A stretch of 63,682 nt of DNA, the filler included, from Octopus bimaculoides (Eukaryota), in assembly GCF_001194135.2 (NCBI RefSeq). It is 6 parts of 6 records of this genome, joined end to end, with 100 filler letters (N's around TTAATTAATTAA, not from the genome) between each part and the next. Parts side by side here need not be neighbours in the genome. Positions count along the whole stretch, not along the records: positions 41,302 to 51,894 come from NC_068990.1; positions 51,995 to 62,385 come from NC_068985.1; positions 62,486 to 63,682 come from NW_026317893.1; 3 more parts are not named here. One strand, given 5' to 3'. The translations under genes were made by a program, and so were the position numbers. Each line of letters starts with the position of its first letter. The first letter of the stretch is position 1. Below, in pieces: positions 50,670 through 63,682 of this stretch. Below the pieces are notes generated by a model. The model had not been told where the DNA came from, ran no database searches, and worked only from the letters and a program-made list of their open reading frames with translations.

Positions 50670-51300
50670 GGCGGTGAGCTGGCAGAAACGTTAGCACACC
50701 GGGCGAAATGTTTAGCGGTACTTCGTCTGCAGTTACGTTCTGAGTTCAAATTCCGCTGAGGTCGACTTTGCCTTTCATCCTTTCGAGGTCGATAAATTAA
50801 GTACCAGTTGCGTACTGGAGTCGATGTAATCGACTTAATCCGTTTGTCTGTCCTTGTTTGTCCCCTCTATGTTTAGCCCCTTGTGGGCAATAAACAAATA
50901 AGAAACGTTAACACGCCGGGCGAAGTGCTTAGCGGTATTTTGTCTGTCTTTATGTTCTGAGTTCAAATTCCACCGAGGTCGACTTTGCCTTTCATCCTTT
51001 CGGGGTCGATAAATTCAGTACCAGTTGCGTACTGGGGTCGATCTAATCGAATGCCCCACCACCACCAAAAAAAAATTTTAGGCCTTGTGTCTAGAGTATA
51101 AAAGTATCGTTAGCATGCTGGGAGAAATGCTTAGTAGTATTTCGCCCGTCGCTACGTTCTGAGTTCAAATTCCGCCGAGGTCGACTTTGCCTTTCATCCA
51201 TTCGGCCTCGATAAATTAAGCACCAGTGAAACACTGGGGTCGATGTAATCGACTATCCCCTCCCCCAAATTTCAGGCCTTGTGGCTATAACAGAAAGTAT
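50670..51300 (+). mobile_element. SINE family A, tandem array of about 3-4 copies
   Basis: GTTCTGAGTTCAAATTCC.C.GAGGTCGACTTTGCCTTTCATCC occurs three times, plus head and tail variants; B-box GAGTTCAAATTCC. Confidence 0.92.
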
Positions 51301-51440
51301 CTAATACAAGCTTAAAAGCCGCACTTTGTGCGAACTTTTAAGCTAGCTTCTGCAGAGGCCTAGATAGATAGATAGATATATAGATAGATAGACTGACAGA
51401 TGGATAGACATATACATACATACATACATACATACATACA

Positions 51441-51471
<31 letters not shown>

Positions 51472-51793
51472 GCATTTATATATGCTACAAAAATTCTATA
51501 GATCCCTAATAGTGATGGTGAAAAAATATATCCCATGGCGGTACTTGTAAATCAGAAGGCTCAGTTAAGTAATATTACGATCAAATGCAAAGAATATGGT
51601 GTTCAGAAGTCTCTGGTAGCCAATAACTGGTTGGCACAACAATGTACTTGCAGTATCAATACTTAAACCAATATGTGGGCTAATCGATTCGATGCTGGAT
51701 AAGATCCGGGTTATTCATAAGATCCGGGTCACTGAAAAGTATCAGGCACCACCAGAAATTTCCAAATCAACAATGAGGTTGAACGTGTTTAGC

Positions 51794-51825
<32 letters not shown>

Positions 51826-51994
51826 GTGTGTGTGTGTGGTTGTGTGTCTGTGTCTGTGTATGTATGTAAGTACATGCATATATATATATATATANNNNNN
51901 NNNNNNNNNNNNNNNNNNNNNNNNNNNNNNNNNNNNNNTTAATTAATTAANNNNNNNNNNNNNNNNNNNNNNNNNNNNNNNNNNNNNNNNNNNN

Positions 51995-52046
<52 letters not shown>

Positions 52047-52416
52047 GTACATGAATATGTATGGATGTCTTTCTATATGTGAGAGTGTATATACAAATCT
52101 ATATATATATCTATATATGAGTAAATATGTATACACTAAAATATACGTACATACATGTATATATATACATATGTGTGTGTGTGTGTGTGTGTGTGTCTGT
52201 GTGTATACATTTGTGTGTTTGTATACAAATTTGCTTAAGGTTCTTCCCATGTATGTTTATGATGATGAAGTTTCGATAGGCAGAAACACATACATAGACA
52301 TCCATTTGTGTTTTGCATGCAGGTACACGTATTTATGTTAGTGTGTGCGCATGTGCAAGGGTGTATATTTGCATGCATGTAGTTGTGTAGCTACATATGA
52401 GTTTCTCTGTAATCAT

Positions 52417-52457
<41 letters not shown>

Positions 52458-52631
52458 CGAATGTGAGTGTGTGTGTGCATACGTGACTGTGTTCTTTTAA
52501 TTTTCGATTAATTTTAAAATATCTTCTCATTTCACTTTAATTACCACCAAGGATTAAATAAATAATTGAATCTCGAAAATATATTCGAACATCTGTCGGA
52601 TGTTGACGTGGAAAAAATATTTTAAATCGAA

Positions 52632-52841
52632 ATAATTTTAAAATTAGACGAGAACGCAATACATACATACATACATACATACAGACAGACAGACAGACAG
52701 ACATACGCACGTACATACATACATACGCACGTACATACATACATACATATATACATACATGTATATATGTATATATATACCTGTATGCATGTATGTTTGT
52801 ATGTATGTATGCACTGCGTTCTCGTCTAATTTTAAAATTAT
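52632..52841. repeat. 27-bp perfect inverted repeat enclosing a microsatellite
   Basis: ATAATTTTAAAATTAGACGAGAACGCA (52632-58) and its exact reverse complement (52815-41). Confidence 0.85.
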
Positions 52842-53736
52842 ATATATACATATATACATGCATACATACACATGTATATATATCCATACACACACATACA
52901 TACATACATACATACATACATACATACGTACCACGTCCTCGCGTTGTTGTTTTTGTTTTTTTATGTTTGCTCTTCGATTTGGGGATTTACAATGTATATA
53001 TATATATATATATATANNNNNNNNNNNNNNNNNNNNNNNNNNNNNNNNNNNNNNNNNNNNNNNNNNNNNNNNNNNNNNNNNNNNNNNNNNNNNNNNNNNN
53101 NNNNNNNNNNNNNNNNNNNNNNNNNNNNNNNNNNNNNNNNNNNNNNNNNNNNNNNNNNNNNNNNNNNNNNNNNNNNNNNNNNNNNNNNNNNNNNNNNNNN
53201 NNNNNNNNNNNNNNNNNNNNNNNNNNNNNNNNNNNNNNNNNNNNNNNNNNNNNNNNNNNNNNNNNNNNNNNNNNNNNNNNNNNNNNNNNNNNNNNNNNNN
53301 NNNNNNNNNNNNNNNNNNNNNNNNNNNNNNNNNNNNNNNNNNNNNNNNNNNNNNNNNNNNNNNNNNNNNNNNNNNNNNNNNNNNNNNNNNNNNNNNNNNN
53401 NNNNNNNNNNNNNNNNNNNNNNNNNNNNNNNNNNNNNNNNNNNNNNNNNNNNNNNNNNNNNNNNNNNNNNNNNNNNNNNNNNNNNNNNNNNNNNNNNNNN
53501 NNNNNNNNNNNNNNNNNNNNNNNNNNNNNNNNNNNNNNNNNNATAAAATATATAGTCTTAGGGAAAATAACCAAGTTTCAAGAACTCATCGATGAAAATC
53601 CACTATCACATATAGAAAAATTAATAATTAAAAGCACAATAAATGAGTATAATATAAAGTAAAGTAAATATCATAATATAATATAATAAATATAATATAT
53701 ATATATAAATTTCAACTATATATATATATATATGTA

Positions 53737-53785
<49 letters not shown>

Positions 53786-54529
53786 TTAGAGAGAGAAGTA
53801 GAAAGAAAGAGAGAGAGAGAGATGAATATATATGGTTGTGTGTATGATGAAAATGAAGACGTCAAATTGGTTGGGCTTCTGAAGACAATAGGATTATTCG
53901 AAGACAAATAAACCACTAAATGCATGTGTGTGCCTATATGTATGTATGAATGTATATATGTACATATACATACATATATGTGCATACGTATGTATATATG
54001 TATGTATATATGTATGTATATGTGTATGTATATGTGTATGCAAGCATGTTTCTGTACTGAAACAAAGAGATTGTTTTCTGTTTCAAACAAGTTCTTATCA
54101 TTGGAATTTGCTTAACAACGATAATAATTGTTACATGCTGAAGCTTAGAAAAGTCCTTCATATATTTATTGTCCTATTTGGAGATTGTATTTATACTTGT
54201 AAAATGCTTATTAGCTGGTCTGTTTTCTTGCCATACTGTCTTTGGTTATAGAGTTATACTCATGATAGAAATGCTACCGTTTTCGAAATTACCGGTGATG
54301 AATATCCTCCTTCTCAATGATTTTGAAAGAAATGTACATACCACAGCAGTTGATCTCTTTATATGCATAAATGTATGTCTTTATTTTTATTTATTTATTG
54401 GTCTTTAACAAAGAAACAAAAGTTCCATCACTGAAATTCGGATACCATCAACGATGAGTGTTACTTATCTAACTTTAAGAAAGTCTTGTGTATTTTTCTA
54501 TTCCGTTTATAGATTTTATGAGCACAGTT

Positions 54530-54790
54530 CGTACTAGCCCGTTTCTTTCCAGATTATTGCTTAGATTCTTGCTAATTTAACCCAGAATGCCAATTTTGAT
54601 AATTAGGGTAGAGTTGTTGCAAGATTCGAAACGGCTGTTCCTCGATGATTTTGGGAGAGATGTTCACATCTGGAGAGCAGCTAACTTCTATGACTGTGCA
54701 TTACGTTTCATATCTGCTCGAAATATTTATGTCAGGTCCATTTTGTTTGTACATTTAAGTGTTGATGGCAATGCTCCGCCAATATTCCTT
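54530..54790 (-). mobile_element. Degenerate RLE-type LINE endonuclease domain
   Basis: Minus strand: GPDINIS....CTVIEVSCSPDVNISPKIIEE...RILQQLYPNY; same class as 40833-40930. Confidence 0.7.
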
Positions 54791-55319
54791 ATATGTATTG
54801 TATGTATGTATGTATGTATGTATGTATGTGTGCATATATTTATGTATGTATGGATGTATGTATGTATGTAGGTAGGTAGGTAGGTAGGTGGCTGGGTGGG
54901 TGGGTGGCTGGGTGTTTGGTTGGATTGGTAGGTAGGTGGGTAGGTATATAGGAAGGTATTTAATATATGTGTATGTATGTATTTTACATTATTCTTTTCT
55001 TCGTCGGAGTTTATCAGTTTCTGAACAATCTTCCTGATCGCTGGCAATGTTGTGATGAATTCTTTCAGAATAGCGTTCTTGTTCTCCTCATCATCCTTTC
55101 TATAATCATTCACCCTTTTAGGTCAAAGTGAGTTTTGCTAACTTTTACTGTTTTTGATGTTGTAATCATCTGTAGTATAACAATTATGGAGTTAGCCAAT
55201 TTATCTATGGATGCAAAATCAACCATGTTTTGGTCCATGTCGTTTGCTACGTATGTTTTTCAACGTAAAGAATCGGTATAATTCCGAAAGTGTATCTCTT
55301 GCTCTAGGTTTATAGATCT

Positions 55320-55560
55320 CTCATCAATAGTCAAATATTGCTAGCTTTTTTCACCTGTAATTTTCACATTGATGTGAAGTGAGCAACGGACTTCTAGAAC
55401 AGAATAGAGATCGTTATAATTTGTGGTCCCACACAACAATATTAAGTTGGTTGTGTTTTAATTTGGTTATTAAAATGCTCACATTCAGTTATTATAATTT
55501 TATCTTTCTCCTTGTATTCCAGAGTTTTCAAGCAACCACATTATGCCACATGAAATTGTA
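55320..55560 (-). mobile_element. Highly degenerate RLE-type LINE endonuclease fragment
   Basis: Minus strand: KLKHNQLNIVVWDHKL / LEVRCSLHINVK, resembling HNKPDIVVWD...EVxCP. Confidence 0.45.
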
Positions 55561-56502
55561 ATGAATAGGGGGTCCAATTTCGTCCTGATCGCACAAACCA
55601 GTAATAAAAGCCATTTCATGAATAAATTAAGTTGCAGATCATTTTTATTCTTGAACATCTCACAAAGTGACCTTGTAGACATTGTAGCCCTTCCAGTTGA
55701 CACCTTAACATACTGAAATACAATATATATGTGTCATATTAAACTAGATAACAAAATACAAACAGAACTCAATCACACAACCACTTCACTTTATTACCTA
55801 CTTTGTATTGCTGCTTCACTGTTTCACTGTTAAGTACACATATCAAACAAGATTTTAAACGCCATGCTAATTAGCATTGTAGTTGCTTCGATGGGTACTT
55901 TGGCTTATACATCACGCAGAGAGTAGAAAACGATAAAAATATAATCATTTGCCACACGTCCTCCATTAAAATGGTGATGATGGAAAACGAAGTGGTGAGG
56001 AAGTGGAGGGTTTGTGATTGAATAAAATGTTAATGTTGATGATGATGATATTGGTCGTGTTTGTTCTTTATTTCCAGGGTAGCTCTGATCAAATCCACTT
56101 CGTCCGTCTGTGATTATCTCATATTGTGTTATGACACAATATATCTGGAACTTACTCGTTGTGTAGTTACCACTTTTTAAAGACAGAATGTGAGGTATGA
56201 TGCGATGGGAATTTGGCTGTTATTGCTTGACGGTCCCCCTCCCCCTCCTCCTCCTCCTCCTCCTCCAGCTCATCATCATCATCATCATCATCATCACCCT
56301 ATACTACTACTACTACTACCTGCTAGATGATAAAATTCCGAATCACAAACTAGCATTACAATGTCCTTATATGAAGATTCTGTAGTGTTAAAGCTATGAG
56401 AAATATCTATTGATGGGCAGGTCAGTAGTTTACTGCAGATAGCTTTTACTGTGGCAAACAGCGGACATCATCAATGAATGTTTCAAAACATTTACATGGA
56501 TA

Positions 56503-56632
56503 GGCGCGTGTGGTAAGTAGCTTGCTTACAAATCACATGGTTCCGGGTTCAATCCCAATGCGTGGCACCTTGGGCCGACCAAAGCTTTGTCAGTGGATTT
56601 GGTAGACGGAAACTGAAAGAAGCACGTCGTAT
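56503..56632 (+). mobile_element. SINE family B 5' half
   Basis: GTGTGGTAAGTAGCTTGCTTACAAATCACATGGTTCCGGGTTCAATCCC...GGATTTGGTAGACGGAAACTGAAAGAAGC. Confidence 0.85.
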
Positions 56633-57204
56633 ATAAGTATATATATATATATATATATNNNNNNNNNNNNNNNNNNNNNNNNNNNNNNNNNNNNNNNNNN
56701 NNNNNNNNNNNNNNNNNNNNNNNNNNNNNNNNNNNNNNNNNNNNNNNNNNNNNNNNNNNNNNNNNNNNNNNNNNNNNNNNNNNNNNNNNNNNNNNNNNNN
56801 NNNNNNNNNNNNNNNNNNNNNNNNNNNNNNNNNNNNNNNNNNNNNNNNNNNNNNNNNNNNNNNNNNNNNNNNNNNNNNNNNNNNNNNNNNNNNNNNNNNN
56901 NNNNNNNNNNNNNNNNNNNNNNNNNNNNNNNNNNNNNNNNNNNNNNNNNNNNNNNNNNNNNNNNNNNNNNNNNNNNNNNNNNNNNNNNNNNNNNNNNNNN
57001 NNNNNNNNNNNNNNNNNNNNNNNNNNNNNNNNNNNNNNNNNNNNNNNNNNNNNNNNNNNNNNNNNNNNNNNNNNNNNNNNNNNNNNNNNNNNNNNNNNNN
57101 NNNNNNNNNNNNNNNNNNNNNNNNNNNNNNNNNNNNNNNNNNNNNNNNNNNNNNNNNNNNNNNNNNNNNNNNNNNNNNNNGAGAGAGAAAGAGAGAGCAA
57201 GAAA

Positions 57205-57294
<90 letters not shown>

Positions 57295-57309
57295 AAGAGG
57301 TTTATAAAT

Positions 57310-57972
57310 TTTATTCTTTTATTCTTTTACTCGTTTCGGTCATTTGATGGCGGTCATGCTGGAGCACTGCCCTGAAGGATTTTAGCCGAATAAATTGATC
57401 CAGTTCTTATTTATTTTAAGCCTAGTACTTATTCTATCGGTCTTTTTTGACGAACCGCTAGTTTACGGTGACGTAAACACGCCAAAAACCGGTTGTTAAA
57501 CAATATTGGTGGGACAAAAACAGACACGGATACAGATGTATATAAGATGCAGGTCTGGCTGTGTGGGAAGATGCTTGCTTCTCAACCGCATGGTTCTGTG
57601 TTCAGTCCCACTGCATGGCCCCTTGGGCAACCGTCTTCTACTATAGCCTTGGGCCGACCAAAGCCTTGTGAGTGGATTTGGAGGATGGAAACTGAAAGAA
57701 GCTCGTCGTATATCTATATATGTATATGTGTTTATGTGTGTGTGTGTCTTTGTGTCTTTGTGTCTGTGTTTATCTCCGCACTATCACTTGACAACCGATG
57801 TTGGTGTGTTTATGTCCCTACAACCTAGCAGTTCGGCAAAAGATACCGATAGAATAAATACTAGGCCTACAAAGAATAAGTCCTGTGCTCTATTTCTTCT
57901 ACTAAAACCCTTTAAGGCGGTCATCCAGCATAGCCGCAGTCAAATGAGTGAAACGCGTAAAAGACTAAAAGA
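57310..57972. mobile_element. SINE family B inverted pair: 3' half (-, 57310-57520) and full copy (+, 57550-57972)
   Basis: The 3' halves (about 57310-57520 and 57770-57972) are reverse-complementary. Confidence 0.85.
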
Positions 57973-58207
57973 ATATATATATATATANNNNNNNNNNNNN
58001 NNNNNNNNNNNNNNNNNNNNNNNNNNNNNNNNNNNNNNNNNNNNNNNNNNNNNNNNNNNNNNNNNNNNNNNNNNNNNNNNNNNNNNNNNNNNNNNNNNNN
58101 NNNNNNNNNNNNNNNNNNNNNNNNNNNNNNNNNNNNNNNNNNNNNNNNNNNNNNNNNNNNNNNNNNNNNNNNNNNNNNNNNNNNNNNNNNNNNNNNNTAT
58201 ATATATT

Positions 58208-58562
58208 CTTTGGTCGACCCGAGGCAATAGTAGAAAACACTTGACCAAGGTGCCACGCTGTGGGACTGAACCCGTAACCACGTGATTGGGAATCCAGCTT
58301 CTTATTTCATTATTGCCCACAAGGGGCTAAACATAGAGGGGACAAACAAGGACAGACAAAGGGATTAAATCGATTACATCTACACCAGTGCGTAACTGGT
58401 ACTTAATTTATCGACCCCGAAAGGATGAAAGGCAAAGTCGACCTCGGCGGAATTTGAACCCAGAACGTAAAGACAGACGAAATACCGCTAAGCATTTCGC
58501 CCGGCGTGCTAACGTTACTGCCAGTTCGATGTAAGAATCCAGCTTCTTACCACACAGCCACG
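58208..58562 (-). mobile_element. SINE family B 5' half carrying a nested family A insertion
   Basis: The B sequence is interrupted at GAATCCAGCTTCTTA and resumes after it. Confidence 0.85.
58305..58534 (-). mobile_element. SINE family A insertion with 15-bp target-site duplication
   Basis: GAATCCAGCTTCTTA at 58290-58304 and at 58535-58549. Confidence 0.9.
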
Positions 58563-61500
58563 TTGTGGAAGAGACTAACGATTATTATAATTTTTGTACT
58601 CATTTACAGTGGAAATTAGTATACAAATTGCCCTTCAGAAAAATAGCTTTTTTTTATTTTATGTCCGTTTGGCACACATATTTACGCAACCCTTTTCCCG
58701 CTATTTAAGCGTTAAACTATGCAACACACTCGTGAAAGCCTCTTCTGCATCGCTGTTAGTTAAAGTAGTAACATATAGACAACCTGCAAATTACGAACAA
58801 CATGTAGCAATTACATAATCTGACTGAAGTCTACGTTGGGAGTTAGGTGTTTACGCCCCTCATACAAAATACCGCTAGCGTGTAATCCGCTTCTCACTGG
58901 AAATATTAGTGAGAGCAACAAGAGCAGTTGTAATAATATGAAAGAACAAGAATAATAAGTAGCAAACTAGCAGACCCAAAATAGTATCCGTTGTATTGGC
59001 GGTATTGGCGGTATTGGCTGGAGAAGCAATTTTAAAAAGAACAGAAGAAAATCAATGACTATAAAAACAACTATATAATCAACATTAACAACAACGTCGT
59101 TAACATTTTCGTTTTCAATTATATGTACGATTACACGTGGCAACAAAAATGATGAAGTGTTCAAAAGAGTTAATTATTCTCCAGGTGGTCTTTAACTCAT
59201 AAAATATGAAGAAAAAAATCGGAAAATAAAACTCATCTATCATTATTGCTCCATTAGTTTAAGGCCGTTGACTCAAAATCGTTAAATCAGGTAAATTAAT
59301 TTTTTCATTTTAGTTTTCTCTTTTAATTAGTTGATAGCCCAACGCTTTGGAAGAGAGCCGCATTTTAAGCTCAGAAAGCATTTTAATTTGAACATGAGAC
59401 TGGCTATGTACACAAGGTCAACGGCGACTATAACATCATTCTCTCTATCCACCACCCTCTTATCTCTCTGTTTCTTTCTCAATTGCTTGTAGAACAACAC
59501 ATGTACGTAAATTCGATGTAATTCTTCCCTTTGAAATTTTTTTCAGTGTTCTTTTTCTCTTCCTTTAAATAGTTAATAACACAACATAGTGCAATATCAA
59601 TTCTCTCAACAAGTCATGTAAAAATGAAGCTAAAAATCGCGCGTGTAGCCACACATTCTCACGAACGCCCATTTAAACGTTATTATGTAAAATTTGGAGG
59701 GAACTCAGGAAAGCGCAACAAAAAACAAAAGGAAGACGTTTACGCGGCCTTGCCATTGGTAACCGTGTAAACTAGTACAGCCTAAATATGGTAAAACCAT
59801 TGAAGATTAAACCAGCAACACCAGTAAACCATCTTCTTGAGGTGGGTGAAATTACTGCTATTTATATTTGTCGTCATCCATCTTGCTTTGGCCTGAGACT
59901 TCAATATCATTTGGAATATTTACTCCCATACTGTTCCAAACGTTAAACAAATCAAGACAGTCAAAATATTCAAATAGAATCTCCAAATGCTTGTATATAA
60001 TAATATCAGAAGAGCATCATGTCCACAAGAAGGGACAAAAGCTTGCTACCGGTAATACTGGATTATGGTCGAGGGTGTATATGATCTGCGAGTAATTGTA
60101 TGGAAATCAATGCAGCATAGTCTCTTTAGGTATGGGTAAGCAGGCGTCTTTAAGTCTATTGAATAATAGGTCTTCAGATGGTATCTTGATGGCAAGCATT
60201 GACCTTATACTCAAGTTGAATTATACTTTCCTGATGGTGGGGAGCGCTTCTCTAACCATGCCTGACAGCCTACATAGCGGTATCTCGATAATAAAAAACA
60301 TCGATGATAATGCAACCTGAATCACTATATTCATATGAATGTAATGTATCAAGCTTGAATTTAAACAGCTGGGTGAATGAAACTGGAACCACTGGTAGAT
60401 GATTCTCACCCAGTCGGTGCTTTGTTGCAAAGCAGTGCAGACCCGGTAGAAATCCTATTATTACTATGCGAAAAGTGAAGTGGAAGAAGAAAACGATTAA
60501 GACAGCAATGGAATTTTACTGAAGAAGTGAACCCAGAAAGCAAGCGTTCCGAAAATGAATGCTGAAAAAATATGACTACAGAAGCTCACTGCTGTGAAAT
60601 CTCTGAAGGTGCCTCAGCTTCAGCCCATGTTGAGGCGGCCTCAGCCACGGCATACGGAGTTTACCATGTACTGGATGTTGGTAGTAGACTGAATGTTAGT
60701 TGAATGCAGCCGTTTAGCAAGAAACAAAAGGGAAACTGCATCAATCTTATCAGGTACAAAGGGCAGATTGTATATAAAGTTACAACACAGGCAATAGTAG
60801 CGTTCGATACTTCATCCCAACCTTTTACGAATAGCTTAATCTCTGGTTATTCGTGTCTGATAGAGGCCTTTCTGATCAAAACCTTTTCCCACTTCTTATA
60901 TTTCTTGCGGTCCGATACTGAACCAGATTCCTACAACTTAACTCAAATGGATGTCCGGGTCTCACAATATGGATCTGCATGAACTTACTCTCCAGATATA
61001 ATTTTCAAAGCCAACAGAATTGTGCGGGTTAATTTTTACTACTGTTGCCACCACGACAATGATACAGAAAATATAAAAGTTCCTTTTTCAGTCCTAATTT
61101 TATTTGATTTGAAATTATTTAAAAACATTAAGTCACTTTCCATTTAATGTAATTGAGATTTTGAAAAATGATTTGAATTTAATGCAAATCCTAAAAGTTT
61201 AATCGAATCTGGTTTTGTACTTTTCCATTCTACACACATTTTTGATTTTATTCTCACCATCACATTCATCCAATATACACTCTCTTGCTGCTTTCCGAAA
61301 ATTTCATTGCTTCAATGATCTTTTTAATACTCATCAGTATACTGCATGCGTTTGTGTGTGTGAGTGTATACATATATATATATATATACAAACATATATA
61401 TATACACGTACATATATATATGCATATATATGTATATACATGCATGTATATACACATACATACATACATACATACATACATACATACATCAACATAAATG

Positions 61501-61620
61501 GAAAATGCATACACAGACACGCAAAAATATATCTGAATATGTTTACTTTTTGTTATATGTGTGTTGGCTTTGTATGAGATGGTTTTCCTTATTTCTTTTT
61601 CAGTGAACACACAAAAGACG

Positions 61621-61670
<50 letters not shown>

Positions 61671-62303
61671 TTTGTACTATTTTCTATTTTGTAATATGTT
61701 AAATATACTACTGGTGGAAATAAAAATTCAAAAAACATAAACGAACCTAATTTATCTTTTACGATTAAAGAAGCTTTCAGTGAAATTACAAATACAATCC
61801 AGCAAATTGAAGAAACTTTATTTTATTTATTATTACTTCTCCCATTATGTTACGGAAAAAGTGTTAGAATTCCGTTGAAAATGCTTATTAGTTTATTTTA
61901 TAATGATTAGTTACGCAAAAGGTTAATTTTCGTTAAGGTTAAGTGTTTGTTGATGGAATTGATTTTCGTTTTACACGGAAAGCTGTTTTACTTGGACTTG
62001 GCATAAATTTATACGGTAACATTTGATACTTTCATGTGCCGGAAAATGTTAGCTCATTCAGCTTTACTACTTAATAACATAAGGCTGTATATCAATGACC
62101 AAATGTACAGCGAGAGTAAATTTATAATATGGTTAAGAAAATTGCAGGTTTAGAAACAGTTTACCATAAATGTTTCCTTTGTCATTAATTTGGAATGAAA
62201 TGTTCCACAAGCGTACGTAATATATATTTTCTGACCAAAACCGAGTACAGCTGATTGAATTGATATCTGTATGTGTGTGTGTGTGTGTGTATGTGTCTTC
62301 GTG

Positions 62304-62385
<82 letters not shown>

Positions 62386-62989
62386 NNNNNNNNNNNNNNN
62401 NNNNNNNNNNNNNNNNNNNNNNNNNNNNNTTAATTAATTAANNNNNNNNNNNNNNNNNNNNNNNNNNNNNNNNNNNNNNNNNNNNCAATAAGAGAAAATT
62501 TGGATAGTAAATTAAGATACATCTAAGCCATTTAGCCGGGTTGGATAAGGGTGGTGAGGAAAAGTTTAAATGTAGAAGAAGAAGATAAGTAGATATAGAT
62601 ACAGAGATCTTAAAAGTCGTAAGTGACAGATATATATGAACTGTGTCTGCCTATGTCAGTGGTGGGTCGTAAATAAGTGGCGTCAGGCTAGAGTAAACTT
62701 GAAATATGATATTCTTGTGGTGACTGGTCAGTCTCCGCGATTTACAACTTAAGTATACGAACTTATCTATTATATTGGTACATACTTATTTAGATGATGA
62801 AAGGGTTAAGGAGGTGGAAAGGGTAATTAGAACATATAAGACCTTAAAGAATGAATAATTAGAAAATGTCCACAAGAAAAGGGAAATAAAGTGTGTGGAC
62901 GTTCAAATTCAAAATACAGAGTATTGGGGGCATTTCAACCGTGGTAATATAGTATAATATTGATAGGAAATAATAGCACCCACATTAAT

Positions 62990-63266
62990 AATGCAAAAAA
63001 TAAGAAATGAAAAATAAAAAATAAAAATAAGAGATAAAAAATATAAAAAAATAAAAGATAAAAAAATAAAAAATAAAAAATAAATAATAAATAAAGACAT
63101 AGAGGAATTAAAAAATTAAAAGATAAAAAGTAAACAATAAAAAAATAAGACATAAAAAGGATATAGAATAAAAATGTAAAAATATAAATTGAAAATGTAA
63201 AATATAAATTGAAAATGTAAAATATAAATTGAAAATGTAAAATATATAAAAATTGAGAAAAAAAAA

Positions 63267-63297
<31 letters not shown>

Positions 63298-63430
63298 AAA
63301 GAATATACATATACATATAAAAATAAAGTAACAAATAAAGTAAAAAATAAAAAATAAAAAATAAGATAAAAAAATAAAAATGTAAAAATAATCAAATAAA
63401 GAAAATAAAAGTAAAAACTATAGAAAAAGT
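62990..63430. repeat. A-rich low-complexity tract including a 20-bp tandem (AAAATGTAAAATATAAATTG) x3-4 at about 63171-63253
   Basis: Read directly from the sequence. Confidence 0.85.
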
Positions 63431-63682
63431 ATTGATTAGTGTTATTTCGTTTCATTTTTGTGTATTGTAGTGTCATTGGAGAGTTTCAGGTCAGTGACTG
63501 AAAGGTGGAACTATATCCATAGGTTTGGGATTATGGGTCCTGTTTATTAAAAATGTGTGTATATCATGTGGTCATAATCCAGCTATTCGAGGGTAAACAA
63601 AATTATTAAGGTTAGGTTAGGGGTAGAGTACAGGCCTTGCTAATTTGGTGTCTGAGTTGTGGTAGGCAGGATCTAACGTGGG

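Noticed and set aside
50670-51300. Regularly repeated motifs resembling a CRISPR-like array
   Set aside because: The units are whole SINE copies with homologous rather than unique spacers; eukaryotic context and no cas genes.
14083-62441. Five identical TTAATTAATTAA islands that look like a regularly recurring motif
   Set aside because: Each is centred in a roughly 100-bp N block and encodes stops in all frames; a scaffolding spacer.
292-63476. Most ORFs in the six-frame track (poly-YI, CV, HT, LSIY and X runs)
   Set aside because: They are translations of (TA)n, (CA)n, (TACA)n, (TAGA)n microsatellites and N gaps, not genes.
62480-63682. Possible Penelope GIY-YIG C-terminal remnant on the minus strand, and GGTTAGGTTAGGGG telomere-like bases
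   Set aside because: The motifs are too degraded, and two imperfect units do not make a telomeric array.

Overview
Eukaryotic, AT-rich, gap-ridden scaffold DNA saturated with microsatellites and dispersed repeats. The SINE families, microsatellite density and gap style look like an octopus (coleoid cephalopod) assembly; this is inferred from repeat recognition, not proven. I find no convincing intact protein-coding gene: nearly every ORF in the supplied track is a microsatellite or N-run artefact. Supportable features are three tRNA-derived SINE families (more than 30 copies, some nested or inverted), decayed Tc1/mariner transposons (maT-like, mariner, Tc1/Tc3-like, one MITE), fragments of RLE-type and RTE-type LINEs, and assembly linkers. 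The most notable signal is a set of hammerhead ribozyme (HHR) motifs from several sequence-unrelated repeat families. Two look structurally intact (13416-13516 minus, 16572-16629 plus). One is the diverged inverted partner of the latter (16336-16393), and several are partial or degenerate. Most have the short palindromic stem III typical of Penelope-like-element/retrozyme minimal type I hammerheads, and no recognisable autonomous Penelope ORF lies nearby. All structures were paired by eye; no folding or database search was run.
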